Assembly (NCBI GenBank): GCA_964596615.1
Contig: CAZQUN010000006.1
Span: forward strand, 1-55,309
DNA length: 55,309 nucleotides
Direction of reading: 5' to 3'
DNA from: an uncultured Candidatus Saccharibacteria bacterium
GTDB taxonomy: Bacteria > Patescibacteriota > Minisyncoccia > Portnoybacterales > UBA2143
The notes beneath the pieces are model-generated. The model was not told the origin of the DNA. It saw only the letters and a program-made list of their open reading frames with translations, and did no database searches. Below, one piece after another: positions 1-9,193 of this stretch (the stretch's first letter is position 1; each line of letters begins with the position of its first letter). Both the position numbers and the translations under genes were made by a program.

Positions 1-1191
1 ATATGGCCTGACAGTATAAGTAACTCTAATTGCTGGATGAGGAACAATTTGAGGTTTATAACCTAAATCGGCAATCTCTTCAGCTAATTTAATTGTGCCT
101 TGTTTTTTGCCTTGGTTAATAAACCCATAGCCACCTTTTATTTTCATATAGGGTTCGATTGCTTTTTTTACTTCATTGATGGCAGCTGCTTTTTCTTTTA
201 CCTCTAAGGAAATTTTGCTCGGGATAGTTATTATTTCTCCTTTCTTCCTTATTATTTTTGCGATTTCTGGATTGATTGCTTTTTTGGCTACTTTTTCGGC
301 TGGTAAAGCTGTTGTTTTCGACACTTCTTTTTTGGCTATCTCTTTTACTCCCGCAGTTACCCGTAATGCTCTTTCGTAAATATCTTTAGCTAAATTTTCT
401 CCTTTTATTCCTAAAGTCTTCAAGGTTTCTTGTTCCTCTTTAGGTAATCCTTTTATCACAATCGTGGTCGGCTTTTTGACTAATCCCTTTAGAGCATTGC
501 TTGCCACTTTCATCATTGGCTTAGTAATTGGCTTTAGGGCCGCGCCCGCTAATGGGAAAGCCGCTCCAAATAATGCCCCGTGTGCTACTGCTTCTTCTCT
601 AGTTTGGCCTTCAGTTGGTCTTTCTAATCCGCTGATAGCAGCGAATGGCAATGCTACTTTCGCCATCTTTTTAACTAGGCCCGGCATAACTTTGGTTCCT
701 ATTTTTGCTATCTTGGCTATCTTGGGCGCTTTAAGCGCTAATTTCCCTGCTATTGCCAATCCTTTTTCTGCTGCTCCAAAAGGAATCAACCAAGATTCCA
801 TTTCGCCAATCGGCCTGGTAATCTTGGCTGCTTTTTCTTCGATTTCTGTTTTTTTGAACTTAGGGAACCAATAACCCAATGTTAAGCCCTTAGCCACTCC
901 CGTAGCCATTCCTTTTAATGCTCCAGTGGTTGCTTCCGGGATTGGGCTTACTCGTTTCCCAACTCCAAATAGCTGCTTGGTAGTTTCGTGCTTCAGGGGA
1001 GTAATCGGTTTAGTCAGCTCTTTTGTTTTTTTCTCGGCTGTTACTTTCTGTTCTGGCGTTAATCCCGCCCCCACTTTAAAAGTCATTGCCTTCTTTTCAG
1101 GTTTTTTTTCTGTCTTTTTCTTAAACCATTCGTCAATGGTTTTGCCCACTGTTTTGAATGGAGATGTAAATTGCTTCCAAAAACTTGGCAT
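1..1191 (-). CDS. Phage virion/internal protein; N-terminus present, C-terminus cut by the window edge (397 codons visible)
   Basis: ATG at 1191 (plus-strand cat at 1189-1191) with the frame open down to position 1. It is absent from the supplied track because there is no stop in the window. My translation begins MPSFWKQFTSPFKTVGKTIDEWFKKKTEKKPEKK... and is Ala/Gly/Lys-rich with hydrophobic stretches (GAAEKGLAIAGKLALKAPKIAKIAKIG, HGALFGAAFPLAGAAL). The plus-strand ORFs at 176-1504 are shadows of this frame. Confidence 0.7.
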   Translation of the reverse strand, partial: MPSFWKQFTSPFKTVGKTIDEWFKKKTEKKPEKKAMTFKVGAGLTPEQKVTAEKKTKELTKPITPLKHETTKQLFGVGKRVSPIPEATTGALKGMATGVAKGLTLGYWFPKFKKTEIEEKAAKITRPIGEMESWLIPFGAAEKGLAIAGKLALKAPKIAKIAKIGTKVMPGLVKKMAKVALPFAAISGLERPTEGQTREEAVAHGALFGAAFPLAGAALKPITKPMMKVASNALKGLVKKPTTIVIKGLPKEEQETLKTLGIKGENLAKDIYERALRVTAGVKEIAKKEVSKTTALPAEKVAKKAINPEIAKIIRKKGEIITIPSKISLEVKEKAAAINEVKKAIEPYMKIKGGYGFINQGKKQGTIKLAEEIADLGYKPQIVPHPAIRVTYTVRPY

Positions 1192-1299
1192 AGTAACAAT
1201 AGATGAGTAAATGGGTCGTCTCCTCTTTGAATCGTCGCACACGGGCGATTCAGTGGCGTCATTTTGCCGCAAATTGATTGGGATCAGCTACTTAGTGAA

Positions 1300-2631
1300 C
1301 TATTTTCCCCAAAGACGGGCCCACCATGATTTCGGTTCATTTGCTGCCAACCACTCATCTGGAACCTCTGCATACACTACATTACTAACTTCTTCTGGAG
1401 TAAGATCCGCTAATTTCCCTATCATCTCTATTACGAATTCCTCCCTTGTGCCAGCCCCCTCATCGCCTTCCTTTGCCCATTCTTCTTTATATTTCCCAAT
1501 ATAATCACTTAAAAGTTTTTTCTCTCTATCTGCAGCTCTTTCTTGAGTAGGAGTACGTCCTTCTTCTTTAGCTGTCAGCCACTCCATATAGGACATTCCC
1601 GTGCCAGCTTCTCCGCCTGCTAATTCCCATTCTTGATAAGAAGTAGGCGGCTTATATCCTCCAGCTTCTCCTTGCTGAGTTTTATACCAATCTAATTTCT
1701 GTTGGTCCTCCCATCTTTTTCTCTCTTCTTCTGCTTCAGCTAATCGTTGAGCAAAATCCATCTGCCATCTCTCTTGTTCTGTCCCGGTAGCTAGTTCTTG
1801 ACTTCTAATAGTTTGATAAGTAGCCAATTGATTACTTAACCAATTTAGATTGTTTTGCATATTCTGAACTTCTTGTTGTTTATCTGAAGTTTCCATTGCT
1901 ATCTTTTTAGTCACTTCATCTAAAGTGGTGTTGTAAGAATCTGCCAATCCGTTTCTCTGATTTATTAAATTATTGATATTGGCATTGGCTAACTTTTCTA
2001 TCTCTGACGCTTCTCCTGTGATAGTGGCCGCCGAATAATAAGGGTTTCTTCTAACTTTGCTAATTGAAGCATCTTTAACATTTTTTTCATCTGATATCTG
2101 ACTATCTATTTTAGCAATCTTGTCTTTGATGTCTGTCAGTCCTTTATTGTTATATTCTTCTTCATACCTTTTTGTCTGATATCCTACTAAAGCGCTTTGC
2201 GCTGATTCTAATTGACTCTTGGTATTTTCCATATCTGTCTGTAGTTTAGGGATATCGTAAACGCCGCCAGTGACGCTGGTTTTTGGCTCGGCGCCTGCGC
2301 CTTTAATTGCCGTGTACTGACTCACAAAATCATCATAACTTACAGATTTTTTCTCGGCCGGCTCGCTCGTTTTTGACTTGCTCCATTCACTTGGCACCTT
2401 GGACTGATACTCTGTGGGTATTGCCTTTAAGGTATCTTCAATCTGTCCCCAGATATTCTTTTCTTGGGCCTCTTCATAGGGAATATATCTGCCTGTTGTT
2501 TTTTCAAATACATGGGGACTTCCTTGATATCTGATATAAGATTTCTGCTTCGGTTCTGTCTTTATTTTTGTCTTAGACAATTCTTCTAAAGTCATTGGCA
2601 ATTGTGAAATTGGTGTATAATTTGTTGGCAT
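1300..2631 (-). CDS. Phage coiled-coil protein (putative internal virion/ejection protein)
   Basis: 443 aa with an ATG start. The central region is long and Q/E/K-rich with heptad-like character (LESAQSALVGYQTKRYEEEY..., NNLNWLSNQLATYQTIRSQELA). It lies downstream of the tail fibre, as internal proteins do in T7-like gene orders. No catalytic motif was seen. Confidence 0.45.
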   Translation of the reverse strand: MPTNYTPISQLPMTLEELSKTKIKTEPKQKSYIRYQGSPHVFEKTTGRYIPYEEAQEKNIWGQIEDTLKAIPTEYQSKVPSEWSKSKTSEPAEKKSVSYDDFVSQYTAIKGAGAEPKTSVTGGVYDIPKLQTDMENTKSQLESAQSALVGYQTKRYEEEYNNKGLTDIKDKIAKIDSQISDEKNVKDASISKVRRNPYYSAATITGEASEIEKLANANINNLINQRNGLADSYNTTLDEVTKKIAMETSDKQQEVQNMQNNLNWLSNQLATYQTIRSQELATGTEQERWQMDFAQRLAEAEEERKRWEDQQKLDWYKTQQGEAGGYKPPTSYQEWELAGGEAGTGMSYMEWLTAKEEGRTPTQERAADREKKLLSDYIGKYKEEWAKEGDEGAGTREEFVIEMIGKLADLTPEEVSNVVYAEVPDEWLAANEPKSWWARLWGK

Positions 2632-2635
2632 AATT

Positions 2636-2863
2636 TTATGATTTTTTCTCGACCTTTGACGGTTTTACTTCTTTAATTTTGCCAGTAGTTAAATCTATGT
2701 CATAAGTCTTGCTGGCATCCAATCGATATTTTGGATACTTATTCAATAAAAAATTCTGCCTTTGGGTCTCTAAGGCCTGAGCAATTAAGAGATACTGGTT
2801 GATTAACTCAACTCGCTTTCTTAATTCCTCTAAATCTGTTTTGTCTAATTTTTTTGAAAACAT
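2636..2863 (-). CDS. Small phage protein, unknown function
   Basis: 75-aa ORF with an ATG start, tightly packed between neighbours. Its 3' end contains one copy of the AAAGGTCGA motif. Confidence 0.6.
   Translation of the reverse strand: MFSKKLDKTDLEELRKRVELINQYLLIAQALETQRQNFLLNKYPKYRLDASKTYDIDLTTGKIKEVKPSKVEKKS
2649..2657 (-). promoter_or_regulatory. AAAGGTCGA motif copy (plus strand TCGACCTTT), 18 nt upstream of the 2631 start
   Basis: Exact 9-mer. See the motif finding. Confidence 0.6.
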
Positions 2864-2876
2864 CGTTTTTGCTTTT

Positions 2877-3980
2877 TTAAATTATTGAGCTTTCTATTTT
2901 TGACAGCCGCTTGTCTAAATCTTTTAATACCCCAACTGAAGCTAATATTAATGTATCCATTCTCATTCCCTGATTCTCACCTTTCCCGTCTTTAAGCTCT
3001 GATGCCATGCTGCTCGGGTCAATCCTGACATTATCTGATTTATTCTTTAGCTTTCTGATAATGTCTATCGCCTTTCTTACATCCATTAAGGGCTGGGAAT
3101 GAGAGACCAATCCGCCGCTGCCGTAATGAACCGAATACCAATAATTAGTGGCTATGCCTAATTGAGCTGAATTGCTTAAACTGCTGTCTGGAACGAAATG
3201 CGCGTTAGCTAAACCATTGATATAAATATGAGTGCCGTCAGCTCCGATTGAATTATTTCCGCCCCCCAAAGCCATTACTTCCCCCTCAATAGTAACGCTT
3301 GAATTGATATTGACTCCCAAACTGATATCGGCCGCTTCTACTTTAAACACACTTCCCACTGAATCGCCATAAATTATGGCTCTAGTTACACCACTGGCGT
3401 CATAGAAATGCAGAGCTTCGGTAGTTAGTTTTACCCTTAAATAAGTCGCATCATAACATTGCAGAAAATTCGTACTGTCTAATATGACCATTGGTTTAGT
3501 GGCCGAGGTTCTAACTGTCCTTCCAGTTAAAATTCCGGTGGTGATTTTATCAGCGCTCAAATCGGCAATCTTGGCATTTGTTACTTGCAAATTCCCGATA
3601 TGAGCATTAAGAATCTGACCCGTGCCAATATGAGCCGATTGAATGACTGCGTCATCTACCTGAATTGATAATGTGATTATCGCTTCGCTCTGAATTAACT
3701 TTTGAGCATTCACAGCTCCATTCTTTATTTTCTGAGTGGCTACGGCCGCGTCAGCTAATTTTTGTTCGGTTACCGCCAATGCTTTAAGGTGCTGCGTCCA
3801 GACCGCCTCATCTTCTATTTTTGCGGTCCCTACTGCTCCTGATTTTATCTGGACGCTTCCTATTGATGACGGAGCGAGCATTGGCGAATTATTGCCATCG
3901 TGAGTATGCGGAGTTGTCTCTGGAAACGGTTGATCGTCTATTTCTCTGTTTATGAAAATTTTTTTGACAAGTTTTAACAT
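2877..3980 (-). CDS. Phage tail fibre protein
   Basis: Shaft-like repeats are present: GAVGTAKIEDEAV, LADAAVATQKIKNGAVNAQKL, SAHIGTGQILNAHIGNLQVTNAKIADLSADKITTG. The C-terminal ~90 aa (LMDVRKAIDIIRKLK...VLKDLDKRLSKIE) resembles intramolecular-chaperone ends of fibres. The ATG at 3980 sits 1 nt after the upstream stop; the track start at 4016 is a TTG inside the upstream gene. Confidence 0.65.
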   Translation of the reverse strand: MLKLVKKIFINREIDDQPFPETTPHTHDGNNSPMLAPSSIGSVQIKSGAVGTAKIEDEAVWTQHLKALAVTEQKLADAAVATQKIKNGAVNAQKLIQSEAIITLSIQVDDAVIQSAHIGTGQILNAHIGNLQVTNAKIADLSADKITTGILTGRTVRTSATKPMVILDSTNFLQCYDATYLRVKLTTEALHFYDASGVTRAIIYGDSVGSVFKVEAADISLGVNINSSVTIEGEVMALGGGNNSIGADGTHIYINGLANAHFVPDSSLSNSAQLGIATNYWYSVHYGSGGLVSHSQPLMDVRKAIDIIRKLKNKSDNVRIDPSSMASELKDGKGENQGMRMDTLILASVGVLKDLDKRLSKIESSII

Positions 3981-3981
3981 G

Positions 3982-5427
3982 TTAGAGAATTCCCAATGAT
4001 TCAAAATAATTAGCAACAGCGATTACTTCTGGAGTCTCGTTGCCTGCTGGATAAAGATTTAGAGCAATTTCATATTCTTCCCCCCTGCCTTTTTCTTCTC
4101 CTTCCCCATCTCCAGTCTCAATAGTAAAGACCGCTTTGGTCATTCCCTCTTTATCAAATTGTTCTGCTCCATCTTCCATTGTTGCCTTTTTCCAGCTTTC
4201 CTCTTCGTTTAATCGGTAATAAACCTCTATGCTGCAATTTTTAGGCAATGCTCTAGTCAGAAGTTTAATATGTCGGAATCCCTTCTGAACAAATGGCTCA
4301 CCAGCGTCAAAGACCAATCCTTCATATCTGGCTTCTGCTTTATTATCTTCGTCTATGGTATCCACTCCGTAATTTGTACCATCCCTCCATGAAATATAAG
4401 GTTTATCGCTATACATTCCGATCGCCCCTATTTCGACATCCACCATTTTTCCGTGTGATAGAATATAGTCCAAATTCAAGGCATAAGGGTCATTCTTGTT
4501 TAATCTGCCGTAAGAATAAACTCCGCACTTATCTGAACCGATTAATCCAAGGACCGGCAATCCGTTCATGTTGGCTATGCCTTGTGGGTTAACCCATCCT
4601 CCGCCTGGAAGCTGCTTAATCCGAATCAAGCTCGCCGTATCCCAGAAATAAAGTCCGCCATTAACCCCTGCCTGAATGATGAGAAATTCCGCATTTAGTA
4701 TTGCGTTGATTCCTTTCTCGGCTATCATCCTTTTCTGAATCCAAGATGGTTCAATCTTATCCCAAGTCCAAAGCCATCCTTCTTCTACTTTGTCGCCTTT
4801 GGTTGAACCAATCACAACTAATTGATCGGTGTCTAATAAACATTTCGCCCGGTTGCCTGGAATTAAATCCAGGGCCTGATTGTTAAAATTTCCTTCATAA
4901 TCCACCATTGCCATGTATCTGCCATCACAAATCATTAATACTCCGCAAGCCATTCTCATCGTATGCCAAGACACATCGCCATTAAGATTTCCCCAATTAT
5001 GCTCTACATCAGTTGCCCAATTTCCAGCCAGTGGGATCCTGCTTAATTTAGTCTCGGTTGCCCAATAAAGGTATGTTTTGTATGTTCCGCCACCGTCATT
5101 ATTTGTGTATTCGCCCGCCCCGGTTATCTTTCCGTTAGCATCGGTATATTTTAACTCCCAAGCCGAAGACGGCGTGTCTTTGCTGTAAATATTTCCCGAA
5201 TTGCCGAATCCATAAATTTTGCCGTTGGTGGCTGGAACGAAGAATAAAATCAAATCGGTTACTACTGTTCCCGAATCTTTTTTTAAGGCCTGGTTGCATT
5301 TCAGAGTGTCGCCGCCTGAACGAATATCTAATCCATAACCGAATCTAAAGGCTCCCTTTACTCCTTTGTAAGCGTCATCAGCAATCCCGCCGCGGAATCC
5401 CTGAATTTTGTAAACGTTCAAGGACAT
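3982..5427 (-). CDS. Phage tail structural protein (position of tail tubular/nozzle protein B)
   Basis: 481 aa, beta-rich and W/G/N-rich. It lies between a 204-aa protein and the fibre, matching the gp11/gp12/fibre order of podoviruses. The call rests on position only. Confidence 0.4.
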   Translation of the reverse strand: MSLNVYKIQGFRGGIADDAYKGVKGAFRFGYGLDIRSGGDTLKCNQALKKDSGTVVTDLILFFVPATNGKIYGFGNSGNIYSKDTPSSAWELKYTDANGKITGAGEYTNNDGGGTYKTYLYWATETKLSRIPLAGNWATDVEHNWGNLNGDVSWHTMRMACGVLMICDGRYMAMVDYEGNFNNQALDLIPGNRAKCLLDTDQLVVIGSTKGDKVEEGWLWTWDKIEPSWIQKRMIAEKGINAILNAEFLIIQAGVNGGLYFWDTASLIRIKQLPGGGWVNPQGIANMNGLPVLGLIGSDKCGVYSYGRLNKNDPYALNLDYILSHGKMVDVEIGAIGMYSDKPYISWRDGTNYGVDTIDEDNKAEARYEGLVFDAGEPFVQKGFRHIKLLTRALPKNCSIEVYYRLNEEESWKKATMEDGAEQFDKEGMTKAVFTIETGDGEGEEKGRGEEYEIALNLYPAGNETPEVIAVANYFESLGIL

Positions 5428-5432
5428 AAATT

Positions 5433-6047
5433 TTAAAGCTGCCTTGAGCTTATTGCCCGTCCCTTATAAACACCCGAGGGTTCTTCATCTTCTCTGTTTT
5501 TTATTTCTTGAATCATGGCGCTGGCTTCTAATATTTCTTCTTTTGCGTCGTTTTTCCGCCCTGGCTCTTTTTTAAGACAAACAGCCAAAGCAAACTTTAC
5601 AATCGGTTCGTCCATTTCTTCTGGCGTAATTGGCTCATCAGTCAGCTCTACCAATCTTACTGGTCTTCTAATGTGATAAATGTCTATGGTTTTGCCGTCT
5701 TCTCCTATGGTTGGATTGATTAAAAACTGGTCTCCCATAATGGTATAAACTCTTTCCCAAGCATAGTTTCCACCTTGGTAATCTTCTGGATCTACTGGAT
5801 GATAAATCTTGCCGTCTACCTTTAGAGAAATCATTGATTTGTAATCAAATGGCAGATAATAAGCTTCTTTGTCTTTTTCGGTATTTATAGTGGAAGGTTT
5901 TTTTAGAAATTTCCATCTGGCAAAATTGCACGCCCTAACGATAGCTTTATTTATCCATCCTTTTTTATCTTCTTCACTCCAAAAGCCAGTTGTCTTTGAA
6001 GCTGACATTCTGGCATTTAGGTCCTGTAAAAATTCTTGTAGTTGCAT
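5433..6047 (-). CDS. Phage structural protein (position of adaptor/tail tubular protein A)
   Basis: 204 aa with an ATG start, directly upstream of the putative nozzle gene. The call rests on position only. Confidence 0.35.
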   Translation of the reverse strand: MQLQEFLQDLNARMSASKTTGFWSEEDKKGWINKAIVRACNFARWKFLKKPSTINTEKDKEAYYLPFDYKSMISLKVDGKIYHPVDPEDYQGGNYAWERVYTIMGDQFLINPTIGEDGKTIDIYHIRRPVRLVELTDEPITPEEMDEPIVKFALAVCLKKEPGRKNDAKEEILEASAMIQEIKNREDEEPSGVYKGRAISSRQL

Positions 6048-6049
6048 AA

Positions 6050-7696
6050 TTAGGTTAAACTGCCTGTTCTTCTATATTGTTGAACATAGGGCAGTAAATT
6101 ATCGCCAGGACAATCAGTTGATGATTCTGGCACTTCTCCGTGTCCAAATACTTTTTCTTTGGGAATGCCCTTTTTCTTGCAAAGGTCGTCTAATAATGTC
6201 TGTAAGGTTGCTAATTGAGCCACCGATGGCGTTTCGTTTAATCCACTACTCTCGAAATCCCCGCTTAAACAAATCCCTATACTGCGGTAATTCTGTTTAT
6301 TGTCATTGCAATGAGCTCCAATTTTATTTTCTGGTCTTCCTTCTATTAACTCGCCATCTCCATCAGCGGCCCCAGCAATCCATTTATGATATCCAATATC
6401 ACCCCAACCATAGCCAATATGATTATTTTTAATCGTCTCAAATTGAGTAGTATCTCTGGCTGTACCTGAATGATGGACAATAATAAACTCTGGATAATTC
6501 GCTTTTTCCCAATCGGCCATATCTTTTTTCGTTGACTGAATCGTTCTTTTCCTCTGCCAAGCAATGACTAATTGAGCTGGAAACTCTCCGCTATTTTTAC
6601 TGTAATCCCAAGGAAGTTTAAAATTCCCGCTGTGACTTTTCCAATCTTCTATTACTAATCCAATCTTATTGCTTTTTAACCATCCACTTCTATCAATAAT
6701 TTCTTGAATAATTTCTTTTAAATCTGGTGATTCATAGACGCTTTCGGCTGACCAATGTTCTCCTACTATCACCCCTGATTCTGTGTATCCAATAAACCAT
6801 TCTGTTTGAGCTATTGTCTTTTCTCTGGTTGAAGGTCTATTTGAACCATCTAATTGAAATGGCGCGGCGTCATCTTCAGCAAACCCCTTGATTAATAAAT
6901 TTGGGTAAGCGTTGTTCTGATTTGATTGAATTAGTAATAATACTGCTGAAATAATTCTCGCTCCTTTGGGAATATCTATACCGCTGAAAATAAATCCGCC
7001 ATCGCAAGAACCGCTACCGTCATTTCCTATAGTGATTAAATTTCCAAATCCATCCCCATACCAAGTAGTTTTATAATCTTCTTCGCCATCTCTATCATTT
7101 GCCGCCAAATAACCAACTGTTACTTCTTGGTCAAAATACCAAATTTCTAATTCTGCTTGATATCCTTCGCCTTTGTTTTTATCCCAACAGGTTTCAGTTT
7201 GCCCATCCACCGAGCCATTATCTTCAATAACAAAAGCGATAGCGTTACCTGGTTTCCAGTCGGCCTGGGCAACAATCTCTTCTACTATCAAATGGAAATT
7301 AGGACTTTGAACCCACTCATGAACTTCCCACTTTTTGATAATATGCCAAGTCTTATTGTTAAGGGTCTTACTTCTCTGACTCGGTCTATTGCTTTGACTA
7401 AACGGTTTTGTATCTGCTTCTTTAATTCCTTTAATGATTAGTTTTACATCTGGGTCTACGCTATCAGTGTAAGCTGGCTTCAATTTTAATCGGGCCAACA
7501 TTATTTTTGCGTCTTTGGGAATGTTCACATCCCTAAACCTGAATGCTGCATGCTGGACAACCTCGTCGTATCTACCGAAACTTATGATATTGCTTGTGTT
7601 GCCTTCTGAATACCAGGTCTCGTTATTCTTTTCTCTGCCGTCATCATTGTTTTGATTGACAGCGGTTTTAAGTTTTAAGACCTGATATTTTGGCAT
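6050..7696 (-). CDS. Virion-module N-acetylmuramoyl-L-alanine amidase (Amidase_2/PGRP type) with two N-terminal copies of an unknown ~150-aa domain
   Basis: The C-terminus has a T7-lysozyme/PGRP-like pattern: EFIIVHHSGTARD...IGYHKWI...GRPENKIGAHCNDNKQNYRSIGICLSGDF...GHGEV...TDCPG. The N-terminal two thirds contain two repeats that are paralogous to the adjacent 198-aa protein. Confidence 0.85.
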   Translation of the reverse strand: MPKYQVLKLKTAVNQNNDDGREKNNETWYSEGNTSNIISFGRYDEVVQHAAFRFRDVNIPKDAKIMLARLKLKPAYTDSVDPDVKLIIKGIKEADTKPFSQSNRPSQRSKTLNNKTWHIIKKWEVHEWVQSPNFHLIVEEIVAQADWKPGNAIAFVIEDNGSVDGQTETCWDKNKGEGYQAELEIWYFDQEVTVGYLAANDRDGEEDYKTTWYGDGFGNLITIGNDGSGSCDGGFIFSGIDIPKGARIISAVLLLIQSNQNNAYPNLLIKGFAEDDAAPFQLDGSNRPSTREKTIAQTEWFIGYTESGVIVGEHWSAESVYESPDLKEIIQEIIDRSGWLKSNKIGLVIEDWKSHSGNFKLPWDYSKNSGEFPAQLVIAWQRKRTIQSTKKDMADWEKANYPEFIIVHHSGTARDTTQFETIKNNHIGYGWGDIGYHKWIAGAADGDGELIEGRPENKIGAHCNDNKQNYRSIGICLSGDFESSGLNETPSVAQLATLQTLLDDLCKKKGIPKEKVFGHGEVPESSTDCPGDNLLPYVQQYRRTGSLT

Positions 7697-7697
7697 A

Positions 7698-8294
7698 TTA
7701 GGTTATTGGTTTTAGCTTCAAAATTAGCTGAACCTCTTTTCCTGTTCCCGCGCTGCTATCCGAAATAATCTTGTATTTGCCGCTGGCGCTTGAATCATCC
7801 TCAATTACCAATGCGATTGCTTTGCCGTCATACTCTGGCTGTTCTATGATTTCTTTAATAACATCCTTGATGTCTGGCGATTCATGCCATTGGCCTGTTG
7901 TCCAAGCCCCAGCGATATCCCAATCCACTACCGCCGTAGTCTTTGCCCTGATTGAAGGTCTGTTGCTGCCGTCTGCAGCAAAGGTATTTGGACTAACTTC
8001 TTTAATCCCTTTAATTTTCAGATTAACTGGGGTAAAACTTGCGTTGGCGTTTGCTCTTACTCTTAATTTCGCCGAGACAATTTCGCAGTTATTTGGGATA
8101 TTAGGTCTCAAAAACCGCAACCCTGCATCACAACTACCTGTGCCATCATGCCCTACGCTAATTCCGTTACTTGCGTAGCCATTCTGATACCAAGTAGTAT
8201 CATAATCTTCTTCGCCGTCATCGCTATTTAAAATAATATGTAAGCCCTGAAAAAACCTTCGCAGGTCTTGGCTTGATGGAATGAACTTAGCCAT
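7698..8294 (-). CDS. Stand-alone copy of the unknown repeat domain found in the adjacent amidase
   Basis: It shares these blocks with both repeats of the 6050-7696 protein: DGEEDY.TTWY, (L/F)RF...IP, L(K/I)IKGI.E, GSNRPS.R.KT, W.ESPD(I/L)K..I.EII, I.LVIED. Confidence 0.75.
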   Translation of the reverse strand: MAKFIPSSQDLRRFFQGLHIILNSDDGEEDYDTTWYQNGYASNGISVGHDGTGSCDAGLRFLRPNIPNNCEIVSAKLRVRANANASFTPVNLKIKGIKEVSPNTFAADGSNRPSIRAKTTAVVDWDIAGAWTTGQWHESPDIKDVIKEIIEQPEYDGKAIALVIEDDSSASGKYKIISDSSAGTGKEVQLILKLKPIT

Positions 8295-8298
8295 AAAT

Positions 8299-8616
8299 TT
8301 ATAACTCCATTATGTATTCCACGCCCTCTCCAGCTATTTCTGCCCCAACCAAAATTTTATCTGGCGAATCAACACGAAGATTAACCGATTCATTCGGCTC
8401 TAATCTAAACGGGTGAATCTTTGAGGCGTAGACATCGGCTGCTATATAAATCTTGCCTGTGTTTGCTTTTTTGGCTTTAATCACCAATTCGCAAGCGTTT
8501 CCGACTCTTTGGGCTGTTGCCAATGAATAATAATTACTCCAGGCCCCGCCATTATTTACATCAGCCGCGCAATCCTTTTCACCTGTAGTAAAATTTGGTC
8601 TGCTTTCTACTGGCAT
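8299..8616 (-). CDS. Small phage structural-module protein, unknown
   Basis: 105-aa ORF with an ATG start. An AAAGGTCGA motif lies 26 nt upstream. Confidence 0.6.
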   Translation of the reverse strand: MPVESRPNFTTGEKDCAADVNNGGAWSNYYSLATAQRVGNACELVIKAKKANTGKIYIAADVYASKIHPFRLEPNESVNLRVDSPDKILVGAEIAGEGVEYIMEL

Positions 8617-8641
8617 CTTTGTTTTATTTAATTAATCTAAA

Positions 8642-8650
8642 TCGACCTTT
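8642..8650 (-). promoter_or_regulatory. AAAGGTCGA motif copy, 26 nt upstream of the 8616 start
   Basis: Exact 9-mer in an intergenic gap, followed by TTAAAT. Confidence 0.6.
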
Positions 8651-8672
8651 ATAAAAACCCAATCCTAATCGC

Positions 8673-9089
8673 TTAGAACTTGGGCTTTTGCGCCTCTTTA
8701 GTTGATTTTGTGCTTCTGATTCCTTTAGCAGAGGCCTTTGCTCTCTCTTCTTTGCCTTGTCCTTTTAGCTTCATTTCTTTCTTTGCTACCGCTTCTTCCC
8801 GAGCTTTTACTTTTGTTTCTCTCTCTTCCAATGTTTCCAACATCTTAGCTCTCTCTTTTGCCACATTCTTTTCAACCTTAATAAAGACATTGCCGCAGTT
8901 TGGATGATTGTCTAAAAATGCGATCTCGTCTTTATCGTCAGTCTCATAGACGCCATTTTCAAACTGAATGGCGCTTCCTTGCATAACTATTACTTTGCCA
9001 CCCACCTCTTTGCTATAAGAGGCCTTATTAACCAACTTAAGATTATGGTACTTTGAGATATACTTTATCTTTTGTTTTTTTGTAGTCAT
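8673..9089 (-). CDS. Phage protein with a Lys/Glu-rich C-terminal tail (possible head accessory protein)
   Basis: 138 aa, located immediately downstream of the capsid gene and its structured 3' region. An AAAGGTCGA motif lies 30 nt upstream. Confidence 0.55.
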   Translation of the reverse strand: MTTKKQKIKYISKYHNLKLVNKASYSKEVGGKVIVMQGSAIQFENGVYETDDKDEIAFLDNHPNCGNVFIKVEKNVAKERAKMLETLEERETKVKAREEAVAKKEMKLKGQGKEERAKASAKGIRSTKSTKEAQKPKF

Positions 9090-9118
9090 TGTTTTATTGA
9101 CTCTTAATTTAACTTTGT

Positions 9119-9127
9119 TCGACCTTT
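9119..9127 (-). promoter_or_regulatory. AAAGGTCGA motif copy, 30 nt upstream of the 9089 start
   Basis: Exact 9-mer, followed after 6 nt by TTAAAT. Confidence 0.6.
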
Positions 9128-9135
9128 TAACTATG

Positions 9136-9193
9136 TAGCAGGCTCTCTTGCTCGGCTGATCCAGAGAGCCGTTTCAGCCGAGCAACTTTGCTA
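9136..9193 (-). ncRNA. Structured element in the capsid gene 3' region (interleaved 12-bp and 7-bp helices within a 5-bp closing stem)
   Basis: TTGCTCGGCTGA (9148-9159) pairs with TCAGCCGAGCAA (9174-9185). GGCTCTC (9141-9147) pairs with GAGAGCC (9164-9170). TAGCA (9136-9140) pairs with TGCTA (9189-9193). Confidence 0.5.

Noticed and set aside
176-1504. Four plus-strand ORFs (176-379, 464-874, 926-1210, 1211-1504) listed in the track
   Set aside because: They have low-complexity, hydrophobic 'mirror' compositions and GTG/TTG starts. They lie antisense to a continuous minus-strand frame (1-1191) and to the 3' end of gene 1300-2631. All surrounding genes are on the minus strand.
6346-7441. Nested ORFs 6346-6564 (-) and 7157-7441 (+) inside the amidase gene
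   Set aside because: They are out-of-frame or antisense to a gene with strong domain evidence.
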